Below, one piece after another: positions 1 through 8,923 of a stretch of 64,000 bases of DNA. The DNA is taken from contig DHGW01000092.1 in the NCBI GenBank assembly GCA_002402965.1, forward strand, positions 37,382 through 101,381. Direction: 5' to 3'. The first letter of the stretch is position 1. The number at the start of each line of letters is the position of its first letter. The translations under genes and the position numbers were made by a program. A model generated the notes under the pieces. It saw only the letters and a list, made by a program, of their open reading frames with translations, had not been told where the DNA came from and searched no databases. Origin of the DNA: Bacteroidales bacterium UBA4788 (GTDB lineage Bacteria > Bacteroidota > Bacteroidia > Bacteroidales > VadinHA17).

Positions 1-759
1 ATCAATCTCTACCTGCATCTTCTGGTACCTCATACCGAAGGGCGTCTGAACAGGGTAGTCAGCATATCCCATACTCCCCACACCTACAGTATAAACCCTG
101 ATGCCGAAGGTTCTGGCAATCTCCGTCGCTGTCACCGGATCAATCGAGCCCATATTGTTAACGCCGTCAGTCAACAGGATTATCACCTTGCTTATGGCAT
201 CGGAGTCCTTTATCCTGTTTATGGCTGTGGCGAGGCCCACGCCTATGGCGGTTCCGTCCTCGATGATTCCGCTCTTAACCTCCCTGAGCAGGTTGATGAG
301 CACAGCATGGTCAGTGGTCAGAGGACACTGGGTGAAGCTCTCGCCGCTGAAGACTGTCAGCCCGATGCGGTCATACGGTCTGCCGCTGATAAACTCCGTG
401 GCAACATTCTTTGAGGCTTCAAGCCTGTCAGGATTGAAGTCGCGCGCCAGCATCGAGCCCGAGACGTCAAGTGCCATTATGATATCAATACCCTCCGTGG
501 TTGAGCTCTGCCACTTGTCGACATTCTGCGGCCTGGCGATAACAATGATCACCAGTGCGATGGTTGCCAGCCTCAGGGCGAAAATAAGGTGTCTCAGGTA
601 GTGGCGGAAGGTCTTCCTTCCCTCTGCAAGGAAACCGGCAGTTGATAGTTTTACCGGTGCATTGGCCTTGCCCTGACGGTAAAGGTAATAAGCCGTCAGC
701 AGAGGTATTACCAGCAGGAACCAGAGGAACCACCCGTTTTCGAAAGCGATGTTATGCAT
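1..759 (-). CDS. batA: BatA-like von Willebrand factor A (VWA) domain membrane protein, 3' end truncated by window edge
   Basis: Absent from the ORF track because it runs off the window. Manual minus-strand translation from the ATG at 757-759 gives MHNIAFENGWFLWFLLVIPLLTAYYLYRQGK (N-terminal TM), then IDIIMALDVSGSMLARDF (MIDAS DxSxS), then ILLTDGVNNMG. The ATGCATAA junction overlaps the stop of the upstream gene by 8 nt. It lies downstream of MoxR and DUF58, as in Bat operons. Confidence 0.85.
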   Translation of the reverse strand, partial: MHNIAFENGWFLWFLLVIPLLTAYYLYRQGKANAPVKLSTAGFLAEGRKTFRHYLRHLIFALRLATIALVIIVIARPQNVDKWQSSTTEGIDIIMALDVSGSMLARDFNPDRLEASKNVATEFISGRPYDRIGLTVFSGESFTQCPLTTDHAVLINLLREVKSGIIEDGTAIGVGLATAINRIKDSDAISKVIILLTDGVNNMGSIDPVTATEIARTFGIRVYTVGVGSMGYADYPVQTPFGMRYQKMQVEID

Positions 760-1801
760 GTTGCCCTCCTTTCTCCTTCTCCTTCGTCTTGCCGGCATTC
801 TCCGGGCCCGTCCCGGACTTGCCGCTCTGTCTCCTGTCAGCTTTTCCCCCATCGGCCTGCCCCTCAGGAGTCATAACTTCAGGTTCCCTCGTTTCTTCAA
901 CGAACCTGATTGCGTTGTCATGAGTGGCGTCATGGACCCCGCTGTCAGGCACATATTTGGCAAACTTGACCATATCAGAGAGCGACAGCACCTCCTTCAC
1001 AAGGGCCATCTGCCCGGTGGTTGTCACAGCTGCCTTGTGCAGCATTCTGACTGTCTCATCGGTTGTCAGCTCCGGTGAACTTATTCCATAACGGTTGTCA
1101 AGATACCTTCTGAGTATGTCCGATAACCTTGAATAGTACTCCTTTATCTCACCCTTCTGCCACAGCTCTGCCGCTTTGAGCTCCTGCAGATCACGCAGGG
1201 CGATCACATGTGCCGGCTCAGGCGGCGGGACAGGCTTCACGAACCTGCTCAGCGGATTCCTGGGAAGGAACCGTGCAAGGAGGTAGATCACCACCGCGGC
1301 TATCAACGCAAGTATGATCCACGGAAGGATCTCAGAGATAGTCACAGGAGCACTCCGGGGCGGAACGATGTCAAAGATTACGTCGGTGGTGTCCTGTGGG
1401 GTCACATCCGGCCGCAGTACCTTTATGGAAGAGTAATCCGAATAAAACCTTATCAGGCTGTCTCCCGATTCCCTTTCGGCGAAAAAGGGCGGAATAGTAT
1501 AAGATCCTGAATCAAATGATGTTATGAGATACCTGTCAGTGATTTTCAGGGTGCCGTCAGACAGGAGAGCGGTGTCACGCGGAGTCCTGCCCAGGATGAC
1601 GATCTTTCCTGCAAGGGTATCAGCGGCGTCGCTGATCTCAGCCGTTACGCCAGCGGGTATCGCTGCAGTTACGGTAAATCCTGTCTGATCACCTATCAGA
1701 ATGACGGAAGTGTCAGGCTGGGAAGTGACCTTTATCTCCTGTGCCTGAAGGGCCATGGAAAGAATAAAAGCAACCGCCGTTGTTGTGAATACCTTTTTCA
1801 T
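752..1801 (-). CDS. Bat-operon-associated membrane protein (signal peptide, one central TM, basic Gly/Lys-rich tail); function unknown
   Basis: 349-aa ORF. N-terminal signal MKKVFTTTAVAFILSMALQAQ and central TM ILPWIILALIAAVVIYLLARF. Translationally coupled on both sides between DUF58 and the VWA gene. The position matches the uncharacterised membrane protein that precedes BatA in Bacteroidota. Confidence 0.7.
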   Translation of the reverse strand: MKKVFTTTAVAFILSMALQAQEIKVTSQPDTSVILIGDQTGFTVTAAIPAGVTAEISDAADTLAGKIVILGRTPRDTALLSDGTLKITDRYLITSFDSGSYTIPPFFAERESGDSLIRFYSDYSSIKVLRPDVTPQDTTDVIFDIVPPRSAPVTISEILPWIILALIAAVVIYLLARFLPRNPLSRFVKPVPPPEPAHVIALRDLQELKAAELWQKGEIKEYYSRLSDILRRYLDNRYGISSPELTTDETVRMLHKAAVTTTGQMALVKEVLSLSDMVKFAKYVPDSGVHDATHDNAIRFVEETREPEVMTPEGQADGGKADRRQSGKSGTGPENAGKTKEKEKGGQHA

Positions 1802-1805
1802 ATTT

Positions 1806-2696
1806 CTACCTGTGCCTGAACAGTGATATCAGAGGTTTGATATAGTCTTCACCGGTATTGACAGATGCCACATCAACTCCGCAGTTTACAAAAGTACCTG
1901 CAATGGTCTCGTCATGCTTTCTCCATTGTGCCGCATACTCCTTCCTGATGGCTGTCGATGAGGTGTCAATCCAGAGCTCCTTTCCGGACTCAGGGTCTGT
2001 CACCTTCATAAAACCGACGTCAGGCAGCTCCTTCTCTCGCCTGTCGCTGATACGCAGGGCCACCACATCATGCTTACCCGACGCTACGCGCAGCGCCTCG
2101 GTAAAGGAGGGAGCCATGAAGTCAGAAAGGATAAAGGCTGTACAGCGCTTCCTGATGATGTTGGTGAGATATTTGAGGGGCTCAGACAGGGATGTCCCCG
2201 ATCCCTGAGGCTCATAACTGAGCATCTCCCTGATGATCCTTAGCATATGACTCCTTCCTTTCTTTGGCGGGATGTATTTTTCTACCCTGTCAGAGAAAAG
2301 CATCAGCCCCACCTTGTCATTGTTGGCGATCACGGAATAGGCCAGCACGGCTGCTATCTCGGTCATCATCTCTCTTTTTGTGGTGGCTACCGTGCCAAAG
2401 TCGCCGGAACGGCTCACATCGACAAGCAGCATTACTGTCAGTTCCCTCTCCTCCTCGAAGATCTTGACGTAGGGATGCCCGAAGCGGGCAGTGACGTTCC
2501 AGTCGATGCTGCGTATGTCATCGCCAAACTGGTATTCACGTACTTCGCTGAAGGCCATACCTCTCCCGCGGAAAGCGCTGTGATACTTCCCTGCAAAGAT
2601 CTGTTGAGTCAGGCCGCGCGACCGTATCTCGATCTTCCTTACCTTTTTAAGCAGTTCTGTTGTTTCCACTTCTTTAAAGATGCTGTAAGAGAACAT
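1806..2696 (-). CDS. DUF58 domain protein (MoxR-associated, VWA-like)
   Basis: 296 aa. The N-terminus ELLKKVRKIEIRSRGL and the motifs YQFGDDIRSIDWNVTAR and MLLVDVSRSGDFG are typical of DUF58 proteins encoded next to MoxR ATPases. Confidence 0.85.
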   Translation of the reverse strand: MFSYSIFKEVETTELLKKVRKIEIRSRGLTQQIFAGKYHSAFRGRGMAFSEVREYQFGDDIRSIDWNVTARFGHPYVKIFEEERELTVMLLVDVSRSGDFGTVATTKREMMTEIAAVLAYSVIANNDKVGLMLFSDRVEKYIPPKKGRSHMLRIIREMLSYEPQGSGTSLSEPLKYLTNIIRKRCTAFILSDFMAPSFTEALRVASGKHDVVALRISDRREKELPDVGFMKVTDPESGKELWIDTSSTAIRKEYAAQWRKHDETIAGTFVNCGVDVASVNTGEDYIKPLISLFRHR

Positions 2697-3087
2697 GTGT
2701 GACCGTAAAAAACCATTCGTCCCGCTTCAGTTTGACAGTTATCACATTCCATCCGGATCTGTAGCTCCATTCGTTGACACCTGCAGACTCGTATCTTTCA
2801 TTCAGTTCCTTAACCCTTGCATCATACCCGCTGATGCCATATGTAATCCTTACCCCGTTGCAGCGGTCCCTGTCGTCCAGGAAGATCAGCCATGTCTCAT
2901 TGTCGTCTCCCGAGTAGTACTTCAGGTACCTGTAAACCTCATTCCGTACCGAGTTGTCAGGGGTCAGGCCCGGATTATCCCTGGCCATGGTCTCCCTGAT
3001 GCTCTTCCCGGTCAGGCCGATGAACTCCTGTGCCTCTGCCGGAACCAGCACCAGCACGATGATTATTGACAGCAGCAGCTTTTTCAT
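2674..3087 (-). CDS. small secreted protein of unknown function inserted between MoxR and DUF58
   Basis: 137 aa with signal peptide MKKLLLSIIIVLVLVPAEAQ. It sits 3 nt downstream of the MoxR stop, and its 3' end overlaps the DUF58 start by 23 nt. I recognise no family. Confidence 0.55.
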   Translation of the reverse strand: MKKLLLSIIIVLVLVPAEAQEFIGLTGKSIRETMARDNPGLTPDNSVRNEVYRYLKYYSGDDNETWLIFLDDRDRCNGVRITYGISGYDARVKELNERYESAGVNEWSYRSGWNVITVKLKRDEWFFTVTHVLLQHL

Positions 3088-3090
3088 AGA

Positions 3091-4086
3091 CTACGGAACC
3101 TCGACCGTATTGAGAATCTCTGTAATTATCTGATCCTGTGTGATATTCTCGGCTTCTGCCTCATATGTCAGTCCAATGCGGTGGCGGAGCACGTCAGCGC
3201 ATAGCGAGCGCACATCTTCAGGAACCACGAATCCTCTGCGCCTGATGAAGGCGTATGCTTTGGCAGCCATTGCCAGGCTGATACCGGCCCTTGGCGAGGC
3301 ACCGTATGCAATCAGCGGGGTGAACTTCGAAAGGCCGAACTTATCCGGCTGGCGTGTGGCAAAGACTATATCAAGGATGTAGTTTTCGATCTTCTCATCA
3401 AGGTACACCTCCTTGACCACGCTCCTGGCGCGAATTATATCCTCTGGCTTCAGGATGGTTCTGGCTGTCGGGAACTCGCTTGCCAGGTTCTCACGGATGA
3501 TCATGCGCTCCTCCTCCTTTTCCGGGTAGGTTATCACCACCTTAAGCATAAACCTGTCAACCTGTGCCTCGGGAAGAGGATAGGTTCCCTCCTGCTCAAT
3601 GGGGTTCTGTGTTGCCAGTACCATAAATGGTTCATCAAGCCTGTACGTGTTGTCACCGATTGTCACCTGCCTCTCCTGCATGGCCTCCAGCAGCGCACTC
3701 TGCACCTTCGCCGGAGAACGGTTGATCTCATCGGCAAGAATGAAGTTGGCGAAGATGGGCCCCTTGCGCACCACGAACTCCTCCCTCTTCTGACTGTAGA
3801 TCATAGTACCGATGAGGTCGGCAGGCAGAAGATCGGGGGTGAATTGTATCCTGCTGAATTTAGTGTCAATTATCGAGGCGAGGGTCTTGATGGCAAGGGT
3901 CTTTGCCAGACCCGGCACACCCTCGAGAAGTATGTGACCATTTGACAGCAGCCCGATGAGCAGTGAGTCTGTCAGATGGCGCTGGCCTATTATCACCTTG
4001 TTGATCTCCTGCCTGACCAGGTCAACAAAAGCGCTCTCCTTTTCAATCTTCTCATTCAGGAGCCTGATGTCGGTTGTGTGTTCCAT
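3091..4086 (-). CDS. moxR: MoxR-family AAA+ ATPase
   Basis: 331 aa. Walker A GVPGLAKT, Walker B FILADEINR, and LATQNPIEQEGTYPLPEAQVDRF, which is characteristic of MoxR/AAA_3. Confidence 0.93.
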   Translation of the reverse strand: MEHTTDIRLLNEKIEKESAFVDLVRQEINKVIIGQRHLTDSLLIGLLSNGHILLEGVPGLAKTLAIKTLASIIDTKFSRIQFTPDLLPADLIGTMIYSQKREEFVVRKGPIFANFILADEINRSPAKVQSALLEAMQERQVTIGDNTYRLDEPFMVLATQNPIEQEGTYPLPEAQVDRFMLKVVITYPEKEEERMIIRENLASEFPTARTILKPEDIIRARSVVKEVYLDEKIENYILDIVFATRQPDKFGLSKFTPLIAYGASPRAGISLAMAAKAYAFIRRRGFVVPEDVRSLCADVLRHRIGLTYEAEAENITQDQIITEILNTVEVP

Positions 4087-4176
4087 ATACTGTTACATTG
4101 TTTATACTTCACTGAAAAGCTTCGCAAAGATCATTTCTGATATTAAAAATCCTTGTTAAATGTTGTTAAAGATGTG

Positions 4177-5331
4177 TTAAAGCTCCTTACTAAACCTGCA
4201 ATGACTGAAGAGCCTGACCATGATTGTCAGCACCAGCGGTATAAGTGCCGGGTTAATTCCCTGGCCTGCAATGAGTGATACCGGGAGCCAAAGGGTGGAG
4301 ATAGCAAAGGCCAGTCGGCTCATCTTCACAGCTTTACTGCGGGTGATGAGCATGACGAAGAGTATGGGAATTATAAAGTTGATTCCGAGAAAAAGCAGGT
4401 TCAGATGGAGGGCATCATGTTCTGAGAATATATTCGTAAATACAAGCACCAGGGCAAGAACCGAGTAAATGAGGTAGAGGATAAAGTCCGTCGCTTTTAC
4501 AAGACCTGGCTTTTTGAAGACGAAGGTCACAAGAACCACGAAGAGAAACAGCAGCCACAGGACTGTCTGGGGCATCCACGCCTTCGCTGCAGCAGGTGGT
4601 GAAGGCATATCAACCACAATCTCTGCAGGGCCTGCCAGCGGCTCCTGCTCTTTGTCATGAACGATGATTGCGTTTGCAAAGTTATCTCTCAGGAAGATGG
4701 GCAGGAACATCTCCCCGGACACAGAAGCCTTCAGGTCCGACTGCAGTCCCAGCAGCATGTCAGCACCAAAATCGAGCCATGGCAGAACCTTTTGATAAGG
4801 GTCGATGAGCTGCCGATAGCTCTGTTTCTCTTCCTTTGCCGGTACAATAATGGTGTCGGATGCCGCAGCCATCACTATGTCACGCACCCTTGTCGCACAG
4901 TTGTCAAAGAAGAAATCATACCGGTACTTCCTGTTCTCGGGCTTCAGGTTCTCATTGATAAGTTCAAAAAGCTTCTCCTTTTCCGCCGTTGTCAGATTGA
5001 GTTTCTGTGACCAGACAGACCTGCCCTCGGAGATATATTCCTGAAGGAATCTCTCATATGGGTATGCACCAAGCAAATAGTCAAGTTTGCCCTTCGCGAA
5101 GCGGTAGACAAAGTTGGGTGTTGAAAAGTCAAATATGCCCCAGTTATATGCCATATCGAATTCGGTTCCGCGTATGGCTATACGTATCGCCGTATGGCCA
5201 TAGATTGTGTAACTGGTGTTTCCGGGAGCGCAGGTGATCATATATACGTCGGCGCTGTCAGCCTGCTGCGTTTTTGCCTGCAGGTTCATGAGCGTTGCCA
5301 GAATAATAATCAGAAAAGCTGTTTTTTTCAT
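4177..5331 (-). CDS. DUF4105 (Lnb N-terminal periplasmic domain) membrane protein
   Basis: 384 aa. Signal peptide followed by YMITCAPGNTSYTIYGHTAIRI, typical of DUF4105, and several C-terminal TM helices. Confidence 0.7.
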   Translation of the reverse strand: MKKTAFLIIILATLMNLQAKTQQADSADVYMITCAPGNTSYTIYGHTAIRIAIRGTEFDMAYNWGIFDFSTPNFVYRFAKGKLDYLLGAYPYERFLQEYISEGRSVWSQKLNLTTAEKEKLFELINENLKPENRKYRYDFFFDNCATRVRDIVMAAASDTIIVPAKEEKQSYRQLIDPYQKVLPWLDFGADMLLGLQSDLKASVSGEMFLPIFLRDNFANAIIVHDKEQEPLAGPAEIVVDMPSPPAAAKAWMPQTVLWLLFLFVVLVTFVFKKPGLVKATDFILYLIYSVLALVLVFTNIFSEHDALHLNLLFLGINFIIPILFVMLITRSKAVKMSRLAFAISTLWLPVSLIAGQGINPALIPLVLTIMVRLFSHCRFSKEL

Positions 5332-5381
5332 TTTACGGAGTTATAAAATATCAGTCATATTGCATTCGCCCGGTTGTCAAT

Positions 5382-6920
5382 TCATTTTTCGGGGTCATCA
5401 GCCCAGGTGGAAGCGGCCCTGACAGCTCTTTGCCAGCCGCGAACAAGGGATTCCCTCTCTTCCGGCTTCATCCGCGGCGTAAATATACGGTCGACATGCC
5501 ACTGTCTCTTAACCTCTTCAACCCCGCTCCAGAACCCGGTGGCCAGGCCTGCCAGGAATGCAGCTCCGAGGGCTGTGGTCTCAGTTATTCCCGGGCGGAC
5601 GACATCGGCATTCAGCAGGTCAGCCTGAAATTGCATAAGACTGCCGTTGGCTGTGGCCCCGCCGTCTACCCTTAACTCACTAATATCCAAACCTGAATCC
5701 TTTTCCATCGCAAGCAGCACATCAAGTGTCTGGTAGGCAATGCTGTCAAGTGCAGCACGTGCTATGTGTGCAGCCGTGGCTCCCCGCGTGAGGCCGGTGA
5801 TTGTACCCCTTGCATGCTGATTCCAGTGAGGTGCACCCAGCCCGGCAAAGGCTGGCACAAAGTAAACCCCGTCTCGTGACTGAGCCTGAGAGGCAAGTTC
5901 CTCAACATCTGACGACTGCCGGATAATGCCCAGACCGTCCCGCAGCCACTGCACCACGGCACCGCCGATGAATATACTTCCCTCAAGGGCGTAAACGGTC
6001 TCACCACCTAACTTCCAGGCCACTGTGGCAAGCAGCTTGTTCTTTGACTCCGTCGGCCGGTTCCCGGTGTTCATCATCATGAAACAGCCTGTGCCGTAGG
6101 TGTTTTTAACCATGCCCTTCTCCACGCACATCTGCCCGAAGAGCGCAGCCTGCTGGTCGCCTGCTATACCTGCAACAGGAATCTGCGAGGTGAACGTGCC
6201 AGATGTCAGGCCATAAATCTCACTCGATGAGCGTACTTCAGGAAGAATCGATTCCGGAATATCAAAGAGTCTGAGCAGTTCCGGGTCCCACCTCAGGGTA
6301 TGAATATTAAAAAGCATGGTGCGCGAAGCATTCGAGACATCAGTCACGTGCAGCCTGCCGCCCGTCAGGTTCCATAACAGCCATGAATCGACGGTGCCGA
6401 AGGCCAGCTTGCCCTTACCCGCCATCTCCCGTGCACCCTGCACATTGTCAAGTATCCACTTTATCTTCGTGGCTGAGAAATAGGCGTCAATAATAAGCCC
6501 AGTCTTCGGGGTTATTGTACTGACGAGCCCATCCTCCCTTAGCCTGTCACAGTATTCTGCCGTTCGCCTGTCCTGCCAGACTATTGCATTGCAGACCGGC
6601 TTTCCGGTCTCCCTGTTCCATACCACCGTTGTCTCCCTCTGGTTGGTTATCCCAATTGCAGCAATATCCGTGCTTTCGACGCCGGCCCGGGTAAGAACCT
6701 CAATAGCCACACCCGCCTGGGTAGACCATATCTCCTCAGGGTCATGCTCAACCCATCCCGGGTGCGGAAAAATCTGGGTGAACTCCTTACGGGCAACGGC
6801 AACAGGCATTCCGTTCCTGTTAAAGAGGATGGCCCTCGAGCTGGTTGTTCCCTGATCCAGAGAGAGAATAAAACTGTTCTTCATCGTAAACGTGTGCTTT
6901 TCCTGATGAAAATCTGACAT
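5382..6920 (-). CDS. glpK: glycerol kinase
   Basis: [29 protein letters not shown] and [13 protein letters not shown] are canonical FGGY/GlpK motifs. The more likely start is MKNSF at 6884, which gives 500 aa; the longest ORF starts at 6920. Confidence 0.95.
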   Translation of the reverse strand: MSDFHQEKHTFTMKNSFILSLDQGTTSSRAILFNRNGMPVAVARKEFTQIFPHPGWVEHDPEEIWSTQAGVAIEVLTRAGVESTDIAAIGITNQRETTVVWNRETGKPVCNAIVWQDRRTAEYCDRLREDGLVSTITPKTGLIIDAYFSATKIKWILDNVQGAREMAGKGKLAFGTVDSWLLWNLTGGRLHVTDVSNASRTMLFNIHTLRWDPELLRLFDIPESILPEVRSSSEIYGLTSGTFTSQIPVAGIAGDQQAALFGQMCVEKGMVKNTYGTGCFMMMNTGNRPTESKNKLLATVAWKLGGETVYALEGSIFIGGAVVQWLRDGLGIIRQSSDVEELASQAQSRDGVYFVPAFAGLGAPHWNQHARGTITGLTRGATAAHIARAALDSIAYQTLDVLLAMEKDSGLDISELRVDGGATANGSLMQFQADLLNADVVRPGITETTALGAAFLAGLATGFWSGVEEVKRQWHVDRIFTPRMKPEERESLVRGWQRAVRAASTWADDPEK

Positions 6921-7048
6921 CTAAAGTAGTAATTTTTGCATTGCGGCAATGTAGTCGTCACCGCCATGGAGGATGCGCATTTGCTCCTCATAAGTTGCCT
7001 GGAATTAATTTAAAATGTAAATTTGAGTATGACAAAACCCGGCACTAC

Positions 7049-7687
7049 ATGACACAGAGATATGTTATCACAATAGGCAGGCAGCTCGGCAGCGGAGGGC
7101 GGGAGATTGGACAGAAGCTCTCCGACAGGCTGGGTATTGCCTTCTACGACAAGGAACTGATACGGATATCTTCGCAACAAAGCGGTCTGAAGGAGGAGTT
7201 TTTCGAGAGGGTGGATGAACAGAAGCACTTCAGCCTCTTCCCTGGCCTTTTAGGCATGCGCCCCAGCCTCACAGACGATTTCTTCTCGAATTATTACCTC
7301 AGCAACGAGTCACTCTTCAGAATCCAGAGCGACGTGATGAAAAGGCTTGCAGACGAGGGTTCCTGCATATTCGTGGGGAGATGTGCCGACTACGTCCTCA
7401 AGGATCTGCGTGACTGCCTTAATGTCTTCATAGGTGCAGATATGGATGACCGGATCCGGCGAATATCAGAGAGCCACAATATCACTGACAACAAGGCCAG
7501 GGATATGATTGAGAAGACCGACAAGGGCCGGTCAGGATATTACAATTATTTCAGTGGCAAAACATGGGGTGCTGCTGAATCATACCACCTCTGCATAAAC
7601 TCTTCGCTCCTGGGCATAGAAGAAACGGTGAATCTTCTCCATCATGTGGCCGAGGAGAGATTCAGACTTTCACCTGATTGTAAGTGA
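7049..7687 (+). CDS. cytidylate kinase-like family protein (P-loop NTPase)
   Basis: MTQRYVITIGRQLGSGGREIGQKLSDRLGIAFYDKELI matches the N-terminus of the cytidylate-kinase-like family. I chose the ATG at 7049 over the longest ORF, which starts at 6941. Confidence 0.75.
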   Translation: MTQRYVITIGRQLGSGGREIGQKLSDRLGIAFYDKELIRISSQQSGLKEEFFERVDEQKHFSLFPGLLGMRPSLTDDFFSNYYLSNESLFRIQSDVMKRLADEGSCIFVGRCADYVLKDLRDCLNVFIGADMDDRIRRISESHNITDNKARDMIEKTDKGRSGYYNYFSGKTWGAAESYHLCINSSLLGIEETVNLLHHVAEERFRLSPDCK

Positions 7688-7713
7688 ACTGGCAGCTCTT
7701 CACCTGAGAGTCA

Positions 7714-8150
7714 CTATGCTTTTTCAGCACAGTTGAACATCCACTGGGTGCCGAATCTGTCGCGGCAGCTGCCATAAAAGTCGCCCCAGAACATATCCTG
7801 AAGTTCCTGCTCAATTATCCCACCTTCAGAGAGGGCCATAAAGAGCCGCCTTGTCTCCTCCCTCGTATCAGGCATAACGTTAATGTAAACGCTGTTGCCG
7901 GAGCTGACCCGGAAGCCCATCGACTGCGGCGCATCGCTGCCCATAAGTTTGACCCGCCAGTAATTGGGAGCGAGACGTGCATTACGAGGTTCCTGTCCTC
8001 ATCCGGCAACGGAGGCATTTTCTCTGACGGCGGTACATCGCTGAAACGCATTATACCTCCTTCAAAATCACCACCAAAGATTCTTTTGTAAAAATTGAAC
8101 GCCTCTTCCGTCTCCCTTGTGAAATTAAGATAAATACTCACTGATGCCAT
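7714..8150 (-). pseudogene. frameshifted VOC/PhnB-like (glyoxalase-fold) protein
   Basis: Two overlapping ORFs lie in different frames (8150..7815 and 7944..7714). Joined, they read ...MHVSLPITGG / KLMGSDAPQSMGFRV...GDFYGSCRDRFGTQWMF, a single PhnB-like protein of about 145 aa. The frame change falls within about 7945-7956. Confidence 0.7.
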
Positions 8151-8575
8151 AGTCTTGTTTTTTAGTGTTCGGAATAAAAAAATCCCCTGATATTATACTT
8201 ATAACAAAAGTGACAGAGGGAATGCTTTTCCTTATTCATGGATTTCAGCACGATTTATTTTATTTTTATCCAAATTCATGAATTCATGGAAAGGACAATG
8301 GGGGTTCTTGCACCGGTCGTCATCATAGCCGGGGTCTTTATTCTGAATGCATATCTTTCCGCCCGACGGGTAACAGGCTATATTGCAAAGCCCGGTTCAA
8401 CAGAGAAGATGAGGTACCGGATCAGGAGCATGCATCCTCGGCCTGCTTCCGCCTGCTGCATCCGAACTGAATCTTAGTCCGCCACCATCAATAAGATCAA
8501 ACCGGAGATGATTCGGAGATCAGCATAAGGTTGATATTGCCGGCTATTCTCACGCTAATATGATCATTTTAAGTT

Positions 8576-8605
8576 AAAAAAAAGTCCCGCCGTTTCGGGC
8601 GGGAC
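8576..8605 (-). terminator. Rho-independent terminator of the csp gene
   Basis: An 8-bp GC-rich stem (GTCCCGCC 8584-8591 pairing with GGCGGGAC 8598-8605) with a 6-nt loop. On the minus strand it is followed by T8 (A8 at 8576-8583 on plus). It starts 32 nt downstream of the csp stop. Confidence 0.8.
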
Positions 8606-8636
8606 CAAGGTCATTAAATGTACATTATATTGTTAA

Positions 8637-8828
8637 CTATGCAAGTCTTACATTAACGGCATTTAAACCTTTCTTACCCTCCTGGAGGTCAAATGTTACT
8701 TCGTCATTCTCCTTGATCTTGTCGATCAGTCCTGTCGAATGTACAAAATACTCTTTCGATGAGTTGGCGTCTTTAATGAATCCAAAACCCTTGGAGACAT
8801 TGAAAAATTTAACAATTCCTTTATTCAT
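8637..8828 (-). CDS. cspA: cold-shock protein (CspA family)
   Basis: 63 aa. GIVKFFNVSKGFGFIK carries the RNP-1 motif KGFGFI, and YFVHSTG is RNP-2-like. Confidence 0.95.
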   Translation of the reverse strand: MNKGIVKFFNVSKGFGFIKDANSSKEYFVHSTGLIDKIKENDEVTFDLQEGKKGLNAVNVRLA

Positions 8829-8851
8829 AAATGATGATTTTTATTTGGGTA

Positions 8852-8859
8852 CAAATTTA
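8852..8859 (-). promoter_or_regulatory. candidate Bacteroidota -7 promoter box (TAAATTTG, consensus TAnnTTTG) for csp
   Basis: The minus strand reads TAAATTTG 24-31 nt upstream of the csp ATG. No well-spaced -33 TTG was found. Confidence 0.35.
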
Positions 8860-8923
8860 AACGAGTTTTTGAGATATTTATGTTTTTACAGGCAAAAAAA
8901 ATGTTTCCTTGAATAAATTGTGC

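Noticed and set aside
101-601. 166-aa plus-strand ORF at the window start
   Set aside because: It is antisense to the clearly coding BatA-like VWA gene, whose MIDAS motif and TM are read on the minus strand. It is a shadow ORF.
8238-8477. 79-aa ORF (possible small TM protein MERTMGVLAPVVIIAGVFILNAY...) in the 490-bp gap between the VOC pseudogene and csp
   Set aside because: It has only one hydrophobic stretch, an Arg/Cys-rich tail, no recognisable family and no clear start context. There is not enough support to call it a gene.
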